A stretch of DNA of 63,100 bases, counting the filler, from Hausera hauseri (Eukaryota), in assembly GCA_046269625.1 (NCBI GenBank). It is 12 parts of 12 records of this genome, joined end to end, with 100 filler letters (N's around TTAATTAATTAA, not from the genome) between each part and the next. Parts side by side here need not be neighbours in the genome. Positions count along the whole stretch, not along the records: positions 1 to 6,959 come from JBJURY010048219.1; positions 7,060 to 11,737 come from JBJURY010479132.1; 10 more parts are not named here. The stretch is one strand, 5' to 3'. Below are positions 1-11,837 of this stretch, in pieces. The notes beneath the pieces were generated by a model. It was not told where the DNA came from. It saw only the letters and a list, made by a program, of their open reading frames with translations, and ran no database searches. Made by a program: the position numbers and the translations under genes. Position 1 is the first letter of the stretch; the number at the start of each line of letters is the position of its first letter.

Positions 1-500
1 CATCAAAAAGCATATAAATTGTAGATAATGCCCTACATGTCTGCATGGTATCAGGTCAAAAACAACATCGGAAAAACATGTGGCATTGGCAGACAAAATT
101 CATCAGGGGCAACAATGTACGTCATGCCATTCAAAAAGGAGCTAAGATTTAGTGACTGGCCGAAAACAGACAGTCCGGAATATGTGGCATACGCCGATAT
201 CAAGGCAATCCTACCGCGGCACAACGAATACGACCAAAAGCACATTCCAATCGCCGTCGGTACTTTGGTTGTTCCAATAAAAGCCGCCGGACAACCGCAA
301 TATTACGTTTTCCATGGCTGGAACTGTATACGCGATTTTCTGCAACAGTTGGAAACAATAGTGAAAACGGAAATCGCACCGTGGTACAGTAACAATAGCG
401 CTAAGCCCTTGATATGGACAGACGAATATGAACCGTTGCTTTTCGCTGCCACCGATTGTGATGCTTGCTTTAACACTTTTGCAAAAAGGACGTCGACCAT
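1..500 (+). pseudogene. Polinton/adintovirus protein-primed DNA polymerase B, N-terminal fragment
   Basis: CPTCLHG..EKH zinc-finger-like motif in one frame, then YVAYADIKAIL (cf. VIYADFEAIL), QKHIP, FHGWNCIRDFL and KPLIWTDEYE..ATDCDAC in ORF 28..621. Same motif order as the PolB at 45000-45600. The 3' part of ORF 28..621 does not look like PolB. Confidence 0.7.
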
Positions 501-677
501 TGGAGAAACATCTCCAGGCGTTTGGGGTTCGACGTTTTTGCATATTACGCTGACTGCTATGGATACGACATTTCAGATAATTTTGTCCCAGGCCAAAAGT
601 AAATGCGGCTTGGTTGCGTGAGATTTGAGTTCGTTTTCAATTGCAACTTTAAATGAATATATTATCAGTTTTATGTC

Positions 678-1433
678 CTAATATAAAATCAAATATATTT
701 GATACTCGTTGATTTTGAATATCCGATGTTGAATAACACAGATCGGTTTGATGTGTTTGTTGAGTNNNNNNNNNNTAATGTGATTTGCAGCCTTGGCAAT
801 CGAATTTTTCATTGCAATGTAAATTGGCGACGGATTTAAAATACTCTGCATCATGAACCTATTGCCAATGGCGGGCATTTGATTTTTTGAAACATTTTGA
901 TTTTTTGGATATAGTACTGGAGTTTTGAAATAACATTTTTCATTTCTTTTTCCAATGATGGAAGTTGATGGGCTTTTGGTTTTTTTTACTCTTGTTATAA
1001 GCCGGTCGCTGGAGGTCAGTTGTTTCATTTTTTGGATTGTTTTTTTATTGTTAGAGATTTCACAGAAAACTCTATATTTACATGCAACTGGAGTTGATAA
1101 TTTGTTATTGTCAATTGGCTTTGTTGACGGATGACAATGATGACTTACGATTCTTGATAAAATTGTTGACCTTGGTTTTCTAAACGAATTTATTGGGCAT
1201 TCGTTCATTGAGTTTGGAGTCGAAACTCGTAACGATTTTATGGTGCAACGTTGGACTGGTCTGTTCGGCGAAAAACATTGGAAATTGATTGATTTGTGAC
1301 GTTTTCCCGAATTTCTGTACGAATCATGTATCCTTTTTGACGAATTTAATCCAATCAGCGAGTGAGATATGTTTTCATCAAGGTAACAGATTTTTACAAT
1401 TTCTTGTAAAAGCAACCATAACACTTCCTTCAT
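678..1433 (-). CDS. hypothetical protein fragment (basic, Ser/Lys-rich), function unknown
   Basis: 251-codon ORF spanning a 10-N gap; no recognisable motif; its ATG lies at the edge of the Gypsy LTR-like segment. Confidence 0.25.
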   Translation of the reverse strand: MKEVLWLLLQEIVKICYLDENISHSLIGLNSSKRIHDSYRNSGKRHKSINFQCFSPNRPVQRCTIKSLRVSTPNSMNECPINSFRKPRSTILSRIVSHHCHPSTKPIDNNKLSTPVACKYRVFCEISNNKKTIQKMKQLTSSDRLITRVKKTKSPSTSIIGKRNEKCYFKTPVLYPKNQNVSKNQMPAIGNRFMMQSILNPSPIYIAMKNSIAKAANHIXXXXLNKHIKPICVIQHRIFKINEYQIYLILY

Positions 1434-1630
1434 GTTTAAGCCTTCATAATGACAAAGTTTATTGACAACGCCCTCGATATAGTATCAGTAACTTGTATCG
1501 TTTGTTAGGGTAGAAGATCGGGGACCCGCCTATGGGCCGGGCGCCGCGGCAACGGAAACCCGGCCGTGTCCAACCAAATGGGCCAGAGGGCGCCGGCCGC
1601 TGTGGGCACCACATACATAAGCCCCCCATG
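1433..1630 (-). repeat. polypurine tract and start of 3' LTR (GC-rich)
   Basis: Minus strand reads ATGGGGGGCTTA then TGTATGTGG from 1617; AATAAA near 1460; possible ..AACA end at 1433. Does not match the sequence upstream of the PBS, so the LTR end is uncertain. Confidence 0.55.
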
Positions 1631-3729
1631 GCAAAATGACGACTATAAAGAGGAAAAATAAACGGAGATTATAGTAAGAAAAGAAGAACTTGTACCTATT
1701 CGGTTGTGGTACGTGTTAGACGTTGAATTCCATCTGTGAACTTCTTACTGTAACTACTAAATGTCACATGACGTGATCTGTTAGATGTTGCTGGTACTTG
1801 TGGAGTCGTTTGAGGGAGAGATGCTGTAGATTTTGTAGTGTTTTGGGAGGATGCTTCATGAAGAGATGAGAGTGGAGAAGAAACTGAAAAGGGAAAAGGA
1901 TCACGAGATTAAGGCGAGACTGGAGGTGGAAGCGAATCGTGCGACGAAGGTGAAAAGACTGCACGCTGAGTGTGTGGATGTGCAGGCGATGACGGCGAAG
2001 TAAATGGTAAAGGAGCAGTACACGGAAGTGAGGACAACTGACTGTGACGCGAGAGCGATTGCTGCGACGGATCAAAATTATCGAGGAAATTAGATGATGG
2101 CTCGAGGGGAGGGAAGTTAGAGTTAGGATTTGAAACAAGGCTGTCATCTTGGTCATCGTCAACGAGGAATGCTGGTTTAAGATTAAAGATGTGTATATTT
2201 TGAGGTTTGTCCTTGCGTAAAATAGTAGCGGTGTGCGAAGAAAGAGTAAGTAGTTTGTAAGGGTCAACGTATTGAGACCGAAAATCAGAAGGTGATGGAT
2301 ACTTCAGCCATATAAACTTGGCTGACTATAAGTCAGCTGGAATATAAGATTTGTCTTTATTTATAAGACGGCAAAAGTCTTTTGAGTTTACATCTACAAA
2401 GTGGGACTATGCTGCACAAATAACTTCATCTGACAAACTTTCATCGAGATTGGAGAGCTTAAATAGGGCACTAATTGGTATCCCAAAGAGAGCCTCAGCT
2501 GGGGCACAACCTGTGGTGGTGAATGGTGTGTTGCGCCAACCGAGTAGGACAATAGGAATAATTGAGATCCATTTATGATTTGTTTGCCAAGATTTTCGAG
2601 GAAATCTTCATGATGCGGTAAAATCTTTCAAGAAGACCATTTGCTTGGGGATGGTACGGCGTCGTATGCAAATGGGCTATCCCCAAGTGCCTTACCAGCG
2701 ATTAAAAAAGATCAGATTCAAATTGCGAAAGCTGGTCCGTTATTATGTGGCGTGGTGAGCCAAAACGACTGACCCATATCTTGATAAATGCATCTGCTAC
2801 TGAGTCTGTGTTGGTTGATCGAAGAGGAACGGCTTCCGGCCAGCGAGAAGCGCGACCCATCATGGATAAGTATATTGATAGCCGTTGTCGGATGGTAAAG
2901 GACTTACAAGATCCAAATGAATGGAGTCAAAACAAGACGTGTAAGGGAAGTGATAAAGTGGTGGTTTTACGTGTTTATGAACCCAATATTGTTGACATGC
3001 TACACATCTCTTAACCCAGAGCTGTACATTTGTACGCATAATTGGCCATACAACGTGGCGTTTCAGTAGACGAAATGTGGCTTTCGAGCTCGGATGATGA
3101 AGAGAGTGAAAATGAGTGAAAGCTGTCTTTTGTAACGACGGACCAAGAATGATTTTTTATTGGTTGAGTTGGATGTGTCGTAGGGGATGCCATCGATAAT
3201 CTCAACAGATTTAAAAGCTTGGAGGATGTCAGATGATGGCTAATTACTTCTCAGGACTTCAGAGGAGAAGATTGGCTAAACTGTGATTGAGTTCACCGAC
3301 CGTGACAGAAAATCTGCTACCAGGTTTTCGGTGCTTGAAATATATTTCATAGAAAAGCTAAATGTCGACAGATACGATGTCTGTCGTTCCTATCGGGGTG
3401 ATAGCTGTTTTAACGTCATGCTATGCAGCAGAGGCTTATGGCCAGTTTGAATGACAAATTGATGTGATAGAAGTAAATGCTTGAAATGCTTTACCGCTAG
3501 AACTATATCCAGGAGCTCACGATCGAATGTAGAATACCGACATTCTGGTTGCGTGAGATTTCGGAATAGAATTTTAACGGCTCGTCGAAAACATTGTATA
3601 TTTGGTGCAATATCGCACCAGTGGCTGTGGTAGAGGCATCGGTGGTTAATATCAGTTCTGCGTTAGGTTTTGGAAAAACCAAAATTTCAACGGTTTTCAG
3701 ACATTCACGAAGGCGATCAAAATGGTTTA

Positions 3730-4452
3730 CTAGATCGGTAGTCCAGGGAGTAATTTTCTTTTCTTCCTGGATGAGAGGTGTGCGAAAGGTGCTGTTAGTT
3801 CAGAACAGTGTGGCACGTATTTGTGTACAAAGTGCAGTATCCCTAGAAAACTTCTCATGTCGGTAATAGTAATTGGTAATGTCACATTTTTCAATTGTTG
3901 TAAGCGACCAGGCTGGGGTGAATGACCTTCGGGAGTAATTATGTGGCCTAGGAAGTTGACGCGTTTCTGGAAATAATTGCATTTGGCGAAATTGATTTGC
4001 AGGTTGCTTCGATGCAATCTGTGGAAAATAATTCTAAGGTGCCCATGATGTTGTCTGATCGAGGTGAAAGCGACTAATATGTCATCTACGTATGGGTGAG
4101 CAAAATCAAAAACTGAGAGAACAGTGTCAATGTGGCGCTGAAAGATCTGAGATGCGCTACGTAGGCCGAAAGGCATAAAGGTGTATTCATAAAGGTCAAG
4201 TAGTGTGATGACAACAGTTTTTGAAATGTCATCAGGTGCAACAGGAATTTGATGGTAGGCCTTGTGCAGATCAATGGTTGAGTAGGTATTGGTGTTACTG
4301 AGGCTATGAAGAATATCCTTAATGAGTCGTAGTGGATAGGCATCTGTAATAGTTAGGTTGTTCAATTGTCGATGGTCGCCACATGGCCTGTAAATACCAT
4401 CTTTTTTACTACTATATGAAGAGGAGAGACCCACTGAGAATTCGAGCTCCAA
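3730..4452 (-). pseudogene. Gypsy reverse transcriptase domain
   Basis: RPCGDHRQLN, DAYPL, IDLHKAYHQIPV, MPFGLRSA, YVDD, FLGHII. Confidence 0.95.
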
Positions 4453-5228
4453 TCGATGCCAGACTTTTCCAGTTCATTAAATTTCTGTTCCACAGCTTTA
4501 CGTCTGAGTGGCGGCAAAGGTCTGACCTTTTATTTGATAGCCTTCTGATGCTCTGTTACTATATGGTGATAAGTTGTGGATGGAGGCTTGAAGTTGTCGT
4601 CCCTTTTAACTATGCGAAAGCAAGACGTTGTGACGTATGATTTAAGATCGGAGTCTAGATATAAGAATGAATGAGGCATATCATCGGACGAGACAGTTGC
4701 AGTAACTGATGAAGAACGACCGGCATTGCCACTGTCAATATTCAGTTTGGATTTTTGTTTTAAAATTGATTTGGAATTGCTATACTTGCTAGCATTTGAC
4801 GAGGTATTCAGTATATTTATAGAAGAGTGCATTGAGGTGTTCGCTAGATTGTCTGCGAGACATTTGTTTGGAATTGCGATCGAGTTCCTACTCAGCATAC
4901 AATCGTATTTGCAATAAACCAATAGATCATGTGCTGCAAGAAAATCTGAGCCTATTATGGGAGATTGAATATTGGCCACATGGAACTTCCAGACAAACTT
5001 ATCTGGCAAGTTGGCAAATTTGAAAGTCAGTTCCGTGGTTCCTGCAACGTGTAACGGTTACCAACTGGCAGTGAACAGCACTGGTCAAGAAATTATAGTG
5101 GATGTAGGAATGAAGGACAAGGGAAGGAGCTAAAAGGCAGCTGCCGAATCTATAAGGAAGTCGATATGCGAGATGCCTATGCATAACAGTGCAGCTTTCA
5201 ACAAAAAGACTGCAGAGGCGGTGTTGAA

Positions 5229-5300
5229 ACGGCCAAAAGATTGAGCGATATTGCCTGCGCCAGAATGTGCCGTAAAATCTGGCGACATTACTAGTTTTTT
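5229..5300 (-). promoter_or_regulatory. -1 ribosomal frameshift signal (A AAA AAC + hairpin/pseudoknot) between gag and pro-pol
   Basis: TCA AAA AAC TAG ends gag. The -1 frame is open into FLIDSAAAF. Stem CGCCAGA (5284-5278)/TCTGGCG (5264-5258); loop ACGGC is complementary to downstream GCCGT (5233-5229). Confidence 0.75.
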
Positions 5301-6524
5301 GAAGGATTTGGAGAAAGGAAAGAAGACGAAGAAAAAGAAGATTTATTCTTGTAGTGTTTGCAACCAGGCACACACCATCTGACCTGTGACTGATATTTGT
5401 TGTGGTAGATGAAAGTAGGCTTGTCAACAGAGTATCGTTCGCTGTAGAATCGACAGCCCAAGAAACATTTCCTTGCATCTTTTCGAAATCGCGTGTGATA
5501 GAAGCAAGTCACGCGTCCGCCAGGTGAAACAGATCGAGTAGAGTGTCTTAAAGTGCTTCTCTCCCTTAAAGGTCTGGTTTCACTTCGTTGAGGCCCATTA
5601 AGATTGTTTAGTTGGATGGCAATGGCCGAAATTGACTGCTGTAACTAGTCAAATTGTTGCTGCATTATTTTTAGTTGTTGAGCGAAAGATGTGGTGTCTA
5701 TATTTTGTGTATGTGTGGCTGCAGCCGCAATTGGGTGAGAATTATTTGTATGGAGGATTTCGAAGGACTTATCAGCCATTATGGTCAGATTTTCAATGGC
5801 AGTATACTCGTGGACGACGGTAAGCAAGGCTCTGATTGAGGTAGGCAGAGATGATAAGAAATAACGGCGAATTACGTCCGCATTACTCGTAGGCGTTATG
5901 CCTAAAGCGCTAAGCTGCAAAATGACCGTTTGGAGAAAGTCGGATGGCTTTTGGTTTTCTATCGCGTGGTCGATAAAATACTTTTGTATGATATTGTCAA
6001 TCGAAGGATCCGTGACATGGACTACAGCTTCACAAAGTATCTCGTAAGGTGTCGAGGATTGGTGCAGTTCGGAAATGTTGCTGATCTGCTGCTTGACGTT
6101 AGCAGGCATAATTAGAAGACTGTTGGCTGGCACAAAAGAGTCATTAATGTTGTTGGATTTTAGCCATTGTTGGTGGAATTAAAGCCATGGTTTGCTGGAA
6201 TTGTTTCTGTGAAGAAAAAAATCCACACAAGGTAGATTTAACGAAGCTCGTGATTGGCAAACGATAGATGTTGCATGTATTTGTGGATTTGGATCCGATC
6301 TACCCCGAAGGCGGAAGTGGAGGATGAGATGGATGATCGGACGTTCGTGGCATGCGAATGGCAAATTGGAGTCAGAAGGATGTATAGGGATTCCTCGGTG
6401 TGTGAAATAAAGGTCAAAAGTGTTGAATGACGAGGATAGAGTTGTATAAGAGCTGTGCTGTGTCGTTCAGTGAAGCTCTTATAGCTTTTATGTGCTGATT
6501 GTTGCAGAAGATCAAGAATGAAAA
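5291..6524 (-). pseudogene. Gag with N-terminal ubiquitin-like domain
   Basis: UBL-like segment 6524-6299 ending HLILHFRLRGR (one frameshift), then capsid-like region of ORF 5645..6133 and two knuckles in ORF 5291..5512. Confidence 0.75.
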
Positions 6525-6959
6525 TTTCAGTGAAGTAATCTCAGGAGAACATTGATATACATGGGGGGCTTGGACGCTTTCCTTTTGGGTTAAGAGGTTT
6601 GAGCATGCAGCCGGGAAAGTAGTGGCAAATATTAATTGTGATAAGATAATATCCAGAGTTTTTGAACTTAAAGGCCTTTTAAAATGAAAGTAGGTGTCAG
6701 CCAGGAAGGATTTGCATATGCCTAAAAATGGTCGCACTTGCGGGCGAAAATCAGTAAAAGGAACTTCACCAACCTGTGTCTGAATGTGGTTTTATTGAAC
6801 GCAATAACAGCATCTTTATTGTGACCAAACATTGTCGGTAATTGTAATTTGCAATGATTGCGTTGAACAATTTTCGCCGGGACCGAATGCTGTTAAATGG
6901 AAATTGGCACCGTATGACCTGATCTGTCTTTGTGGTAAGAGGATATTAAGTAGATGGAA

Positions 6960-7059
6960 NNNNNNNNNNNNNNNNNNNNNNNNNNNNNNNNNNNNNNNNN
7001 NNNTTAATTAATTAANNNNNNNNNNNNNNNNNNNNNNNNNNNNNNNNNNNNNNNNNNNN
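6960..7059. other. artificial contig-joining linker (first of 11)
   Basis: 44 N + TTAATTAATTAA (stops in all six frames) + 44 N. Also at 11738, 17134, 22485, 28662, 33037, 37491, 41817, 46611, 51178 and 57871, each 100 nt. Confidence 0.98.
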
Positions 7060-7718
7060 TAAACAACATTTAAATTGGCTTCTTTAGGCAATAATTTTAC
7101 CGTACTATATTTAGTTGCTAATATTGTACAGAAATTTACAGTTATTTCTAAAATTGTCTAATTTAATGTATATAGTTGTTTTTAATTTAAAAAATTACAC
7201 AAATATTTTTCGAGTTTCCAATATATGAAATTTTGACTATCAAGACTTTTCCACACTGTGGGCATCTGTTTAGAATGTTTAAAAAATTCCCTATCAATTT
7301 CATAGAACTCTACAATATTCCCCAATTGAACAAGCAGATTACGAATTTTAATCAAATTTATATAATTTCATTTTTTGACTAATAAAATATTCAGAACCTA
7401 TTTTTATATGTATACAAGGATATGTAATTATAAATCAACTAATTGTCATTACATTGTGTTGCATAATTAATACACCGTATGGACAATATAAAGTACTTCA
7501 TATAACAGTTTATTAATTGGATATATATAAGGTTTCAGAAACATCATGTGCCAGATTGAAAGCCAAAATATTTTATTTATTGTTTGATATTTCTGTCCTG
7601 AAATTACATAGTATACGGTTACGTGGAGGTAACATTGACATATTTTTAAACTTAGTAAAATATCACAGATAACCAGTATTCCGCACAATTATGTGAAAAA
7701 ACGTTTTTATTAATACTA

Positions 7719-8866
7719 AAGCGTGCCTAAGGTTTAATTGCGCAATGTTTATATAGGCAGTGCATCAAACCATTATAATTTGTGTTCAGCAATCAACATG
7801 AAGTCAAAAATTTGTGAAGCGAACGCGAAACGAATTATTTCATTTTTGTTGGGAAAAAATTAAGGTCGAAAAGCTACTATCAACCATTTCGTAGATTGAG
7901 GTTTGAAATTAAGAACTATTCTAAATGTGTTGAAACGATACAACTATTCTGGCCGCATCAAATACTTAAAAAAGTATAGTCCTAACCCAACTGCATTAAC
8001 TGAAAAACAACTAAGATAAAAAGTCACTTCAAGAAACGTCGAAATACTAGTGAACGATTAGTAGCTTTTAAATATAAAATTTCAAAAGGCAGTGTTTATA
8101 ATACTAAACAAAAGTTTGGTATAAAGACTGGAAAGAAGGTATCTAGTGCGTTTTATAAGAAGGATCAAAGAAGATGAAACCTTTACAAAATTTCTGTTCC
8201 ATCTGGTGGTGAAAATTCTTCGATATTGATGATGAGTCGTATTGCCCTGTCGATCAATACAGGTGCCAGGAAATGAATACTGAAATATTGTTGGCTATTG
8301 TGCAAGTAATACCACAAAAGGTGACGTCAGTGAATTACTAATCACTAAAGGTACCATTAATGCAGATGTTTATTTAGAAGTGTGTGAAAAGCGTCTAATA
8401 CGATTTATCAAAAAGTTTATGTCCGACCAAAATGTTATTTTTTGGACGGGACTTGGCTAATTCTCATTATGCAAAGAAAGTTTCAGATAGTTTAGATGAG
8501 TAGAATATTGATTATGTGAAAAAGAAGGTCATACACCATCGGTTCCAAATCAAAGGCCCATCGAACGTTTCTGGGTGTTGTGCAAACGTAAATACAAAGA
8601 AGTGAACAAGAAATGTGGCACAATTCGCAAGTTAAAAAATGCATGGTTGAATATTTCAGATGAGGTTGCCAGAAAATGTGGTCAAAATTTGTTTCATAGT
8701 TTTAGACATAAATTTGTATCATGGTGGTCACCGAGGTTTCTAATTTTCTGTGAATTAATAAACTATAGACTTTGTTTCATAACGCAATAAACTGTTTCTA
8801 GTTGTCTGTTTTACTTTTCATTTTATTTGAATTTAAACATTGCGCAATTAAACCTTGGGCACCCTT
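7719..8866 (+). mobile_element. Tc1/mariner superfamily DNA transposon, DD37E-like, defective
   Basis: ~33-bp TIRs (AAGCGTGCCTAAGGTTTAATTGCGCAATGTTTA vs reverse complement AAGGGTGCCCAAGGTTTAATTGCGCAATGTTTA), TA on both sides; transposase remnants DDESYCP, FW..LA.SHYA and PSVPNQRPIERFW. Confidence 0.9.
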
Positions 8867-10331
8867 TAGCAGTACAAAATTTTCTATCTCACGTTTGAGA
8901 ACGTTTTGCAATTAGTTAGATATAAGACAACATGCTAATGTTACTCAGTTAGTGGCAGCATTGACAGTATAAAATGTTGTATAAAAAAGTTATACCGTTC
9001 TTCAACTTTGAAGAAATGGAAAAAAGTTTCAACATGTAACTGCTTTAACACAATGTTTCAATAGTGATGTAAAATTGCGAAGAATTCGGCACTTCAATCA
9101 CCAAGTTTCTTCAGTGCATTTTCTAGTGTCGTAACCGTTGATGAACCAACCTTTCCGGATGTGTAGTTATTCAGAGGATTCAAAAGAGTTGTTCTGTTAA
9201 GTTCGACACTCATTCCACTGTCCTTAATATCGGATATTGCAAATTTTATAGCTTCCTTAATATATCCAAAATCCCATAAAACACAATATCAATTCTCGGA
9301 ATACAATGCTATATGGAAACTACGGTGGTATATTACATACAATGTTGTGTAAACTAAACGTTTGCGAACATACAGTTTAGTTACCGCCTAAATATAATTA
9401 TTATAGAAAATATTTAACTTTTGGACTCGCTTTTTGTTCATGTTATGAATAAAACCCGCACTTGTATAATCTATTAACAAAGCTTGTTGTTAACAGTACT
9501 TGTTGTTTTATTAGAAAATAATTGGAACATATGAATGTTACCCCAAGTTACATTATGACATTTCATTATTTATTTTTTGTTATAAAATGGCTTCACAAAT
9601 GTCTGATTTATGTGAATTACATGTTTAGTACATGACGAATACAATAAATTTTAATTTTATATACATTATTTCGGACGTTATTGAACATTTTTTATTCCTT
9701 GATGGGCATTGGATTAGTAAATATACTTTTGCGCATAATGCCTTTGGAAATTTTACTCTTCGAACTCGGGTATGGAATCACGAAAAATTAAGTAAAATGC
9801 ATTATTATACAGTTCAACAAAAATTTGGAAAATTGAGCTTGTGTCAAATATTTGAAAGCTACAATTGTGTTATTTTGGATTCGCTTGTCAATATTTTTTC
9901 ATATTATTATTCATTATGAACTTTAATCTATGCTGTGGGTTAGTAGATCGCGTATCTACCATTCCAACCTCAACGTCATTCGATGATTGTAAGACTGAAT
10001 TATGCATTAGAAATTTATTATAAAAGTTGGTATAAGTCATTAAATGAGTCTTGTTTTCATCCATTTTTGAATTTCTCGATTTTATATTGGCTATTTATTT
10101 AATTGACTTTGAATTAAATTTAAACATTAATATTCGTTTAAATTCCTCGTCAGACTGTGCTTTCTACAGAGTAATTAAGTAGTTCTATATTGACATCAAA
10201 CTCAGACGATATGTATAAAATGTCGTGATTATATTTAAGTATCGTTTTGAAATACCACCGATCTTATCTTTGATTAAACATCCAGTAATACAGAAGCACC
10301 AAAAGGAAATAAAGGTAGAAAACGGAAAAAG

Positions 10332-10494
10332 ATGTCCCCGGATACGAGTATTAATCCCCTCGATCAAACTGCCATTCATCCAGAATCATACGTTATCGCA
10401 GAGAGGATTATTTCGTTTCTGAAGTTAACACCATCAGATATTGGTTCATCGTTGATGAACGATGCTGCCAAAGCATTTGAGAAAAGTTCTGATT
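10332..10494 (+). CDS. SRBD1: exon or fragment of S1 RNA-binding domain protein 1 (Tex family HhH region)
   Basis: NPLDQTAIHPESYVIAER matches the Tex/SRBD1 NPLDxTxIHPESY motif; GTAAGT donor near 10495; flanking exons not resolved. Confidence 0.55.
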
Positions 10495-11837
10495 GTAAGT
10501 TTATTTTATTTTAATTCTGTACCAATTGGTAAGATTAATGTTTTTATGTATAAGGAAAATGCGTACACTTTTCATGCGAGTCCTAATTCATTATAACTAT
10601 TTTTAAAATAATATTATATATTATTTCATTTCATTTCAAAATTTACCCAATCTATTTTTTTTTTATTTTATACTTCGGTGCCAATTAAATAATGATAAAA
10701 TTAATTCAACAGTTTAACGATAGACAGTAGGCAGAATATTGCTTTGTGGATGTAAACTACCAGTGTGTAGGTAATAACAATTATAGTAGCAAAATATTGA
10801 CATTTTTCTGTGATTAGTCAACTTGTTGTTTTTCATATAATTTGAAAAGTTCACTTATTATTCTTGTTATTTTTTGTTGTAACTTTATTTACTTGCGATG
10901 GATGAGGATGTATTTCGATTGTACGCTGTTGACGATAAAAGCTGTATAGAGCATCGTCCAGTAGCAACCAAACAGAAGAAACAACCTCAGATTGTTCGTC
11001 CTCATCTTCTGATCATTTGTTTTATCTGCAATAAAGAGGTCAGTGTAAAGGTTTTACCCTACTTACAGACAATCAATTCTGGTATCTACATTAAATGTCT
11101 AAAATCAACAATAGCGTTAATAAATCAATACACAAAGACAAAAACACACTGAGGGTGTAGAATGTCAGTTTGGTGTAAAACCTTGGAGACATTTGCACGT
11201 CTACCTCCTAGAGTTTATGAAAGCTTGTGATAAAGCAGCTCTCAGGACCAGAGGAGACCCTCATTCAACTTTAGATCGTTTGGAGCTGCAGGATGTGGAA
11301 CTCTGTCCCTGTAGGAGACTCTAACCGGTTAAAGCGTGAAGAATCATCAGGTGTGTAATCTGTAAATATATTGATCTGATCTTTCCACAGGTTCACTGTT
11401 ACTGTTGTGTTTTTATTAAACCGTGTTTTAAAGATCGTCTACGGCCTATAAAATACAACTCTGTTTGTGACGTTTTTAAAATGAACTTGTAGCCATTTCT
11501 TGTCTTATTGTGAAATGTCTCTGTTAAATAAATTAGGGATGCAATGATACTAAAATTTCAGTCAGTATAAAACAAATTCTGTAAGAACATCTAAGTTGAA
11601 ACGAGCTGATCTGCTATTTTTTGTCACGTTCACTCATGCCTGTTTACCCGTTGGCTGTTGCAGGACTGGGTGTGGTTGCAGAAGGTTAATAAAAAACCAG
11701 AGGGGCGTAGCGGTGTGAACGGGACGATGTCAGAACGNNNNNNNNNNNNNNNNNNNNNNNNNNNNNNNNNNNNNNNNNNNNTTAATTAATTAANNNNNNN
11801 NNNNNNNNNNNNNNNNNNNNNNNNNNNNNNNNNNNNN

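Larger units (their letters stand above)
1433..6775 (-). mobile_element. Ty3/Gypsy LTR retrotransposon, degenerate near-full-length copy (UBL-gag, PR, RT, RH, IN)
   Basis: Minus-strand order: gag (QKPSDFL, RYFLSSLP, two CxYH-x8-C-x3-C-type knuckles), protease FLIDSAAAF, RT (DLHKAYHQI, MPFGL, YVDD), RNase H (TDAST, FDRELL), integrase (WPEAVPL, TPYHPQANG), Pro/Ser-rich tail, PPT then TG. PBS-like TGGTGAAG near 6770. Many stops and frameshifts. Confidence 0.92.

Noticed and set aside
1500-1620. Self-cleaving ribozyme in the GC island
   Set aside because: No hammerhead or HDV core could be identified by eye; the position after the PPT fits an LTR start. An Infernal/Rfam scan would settle it.
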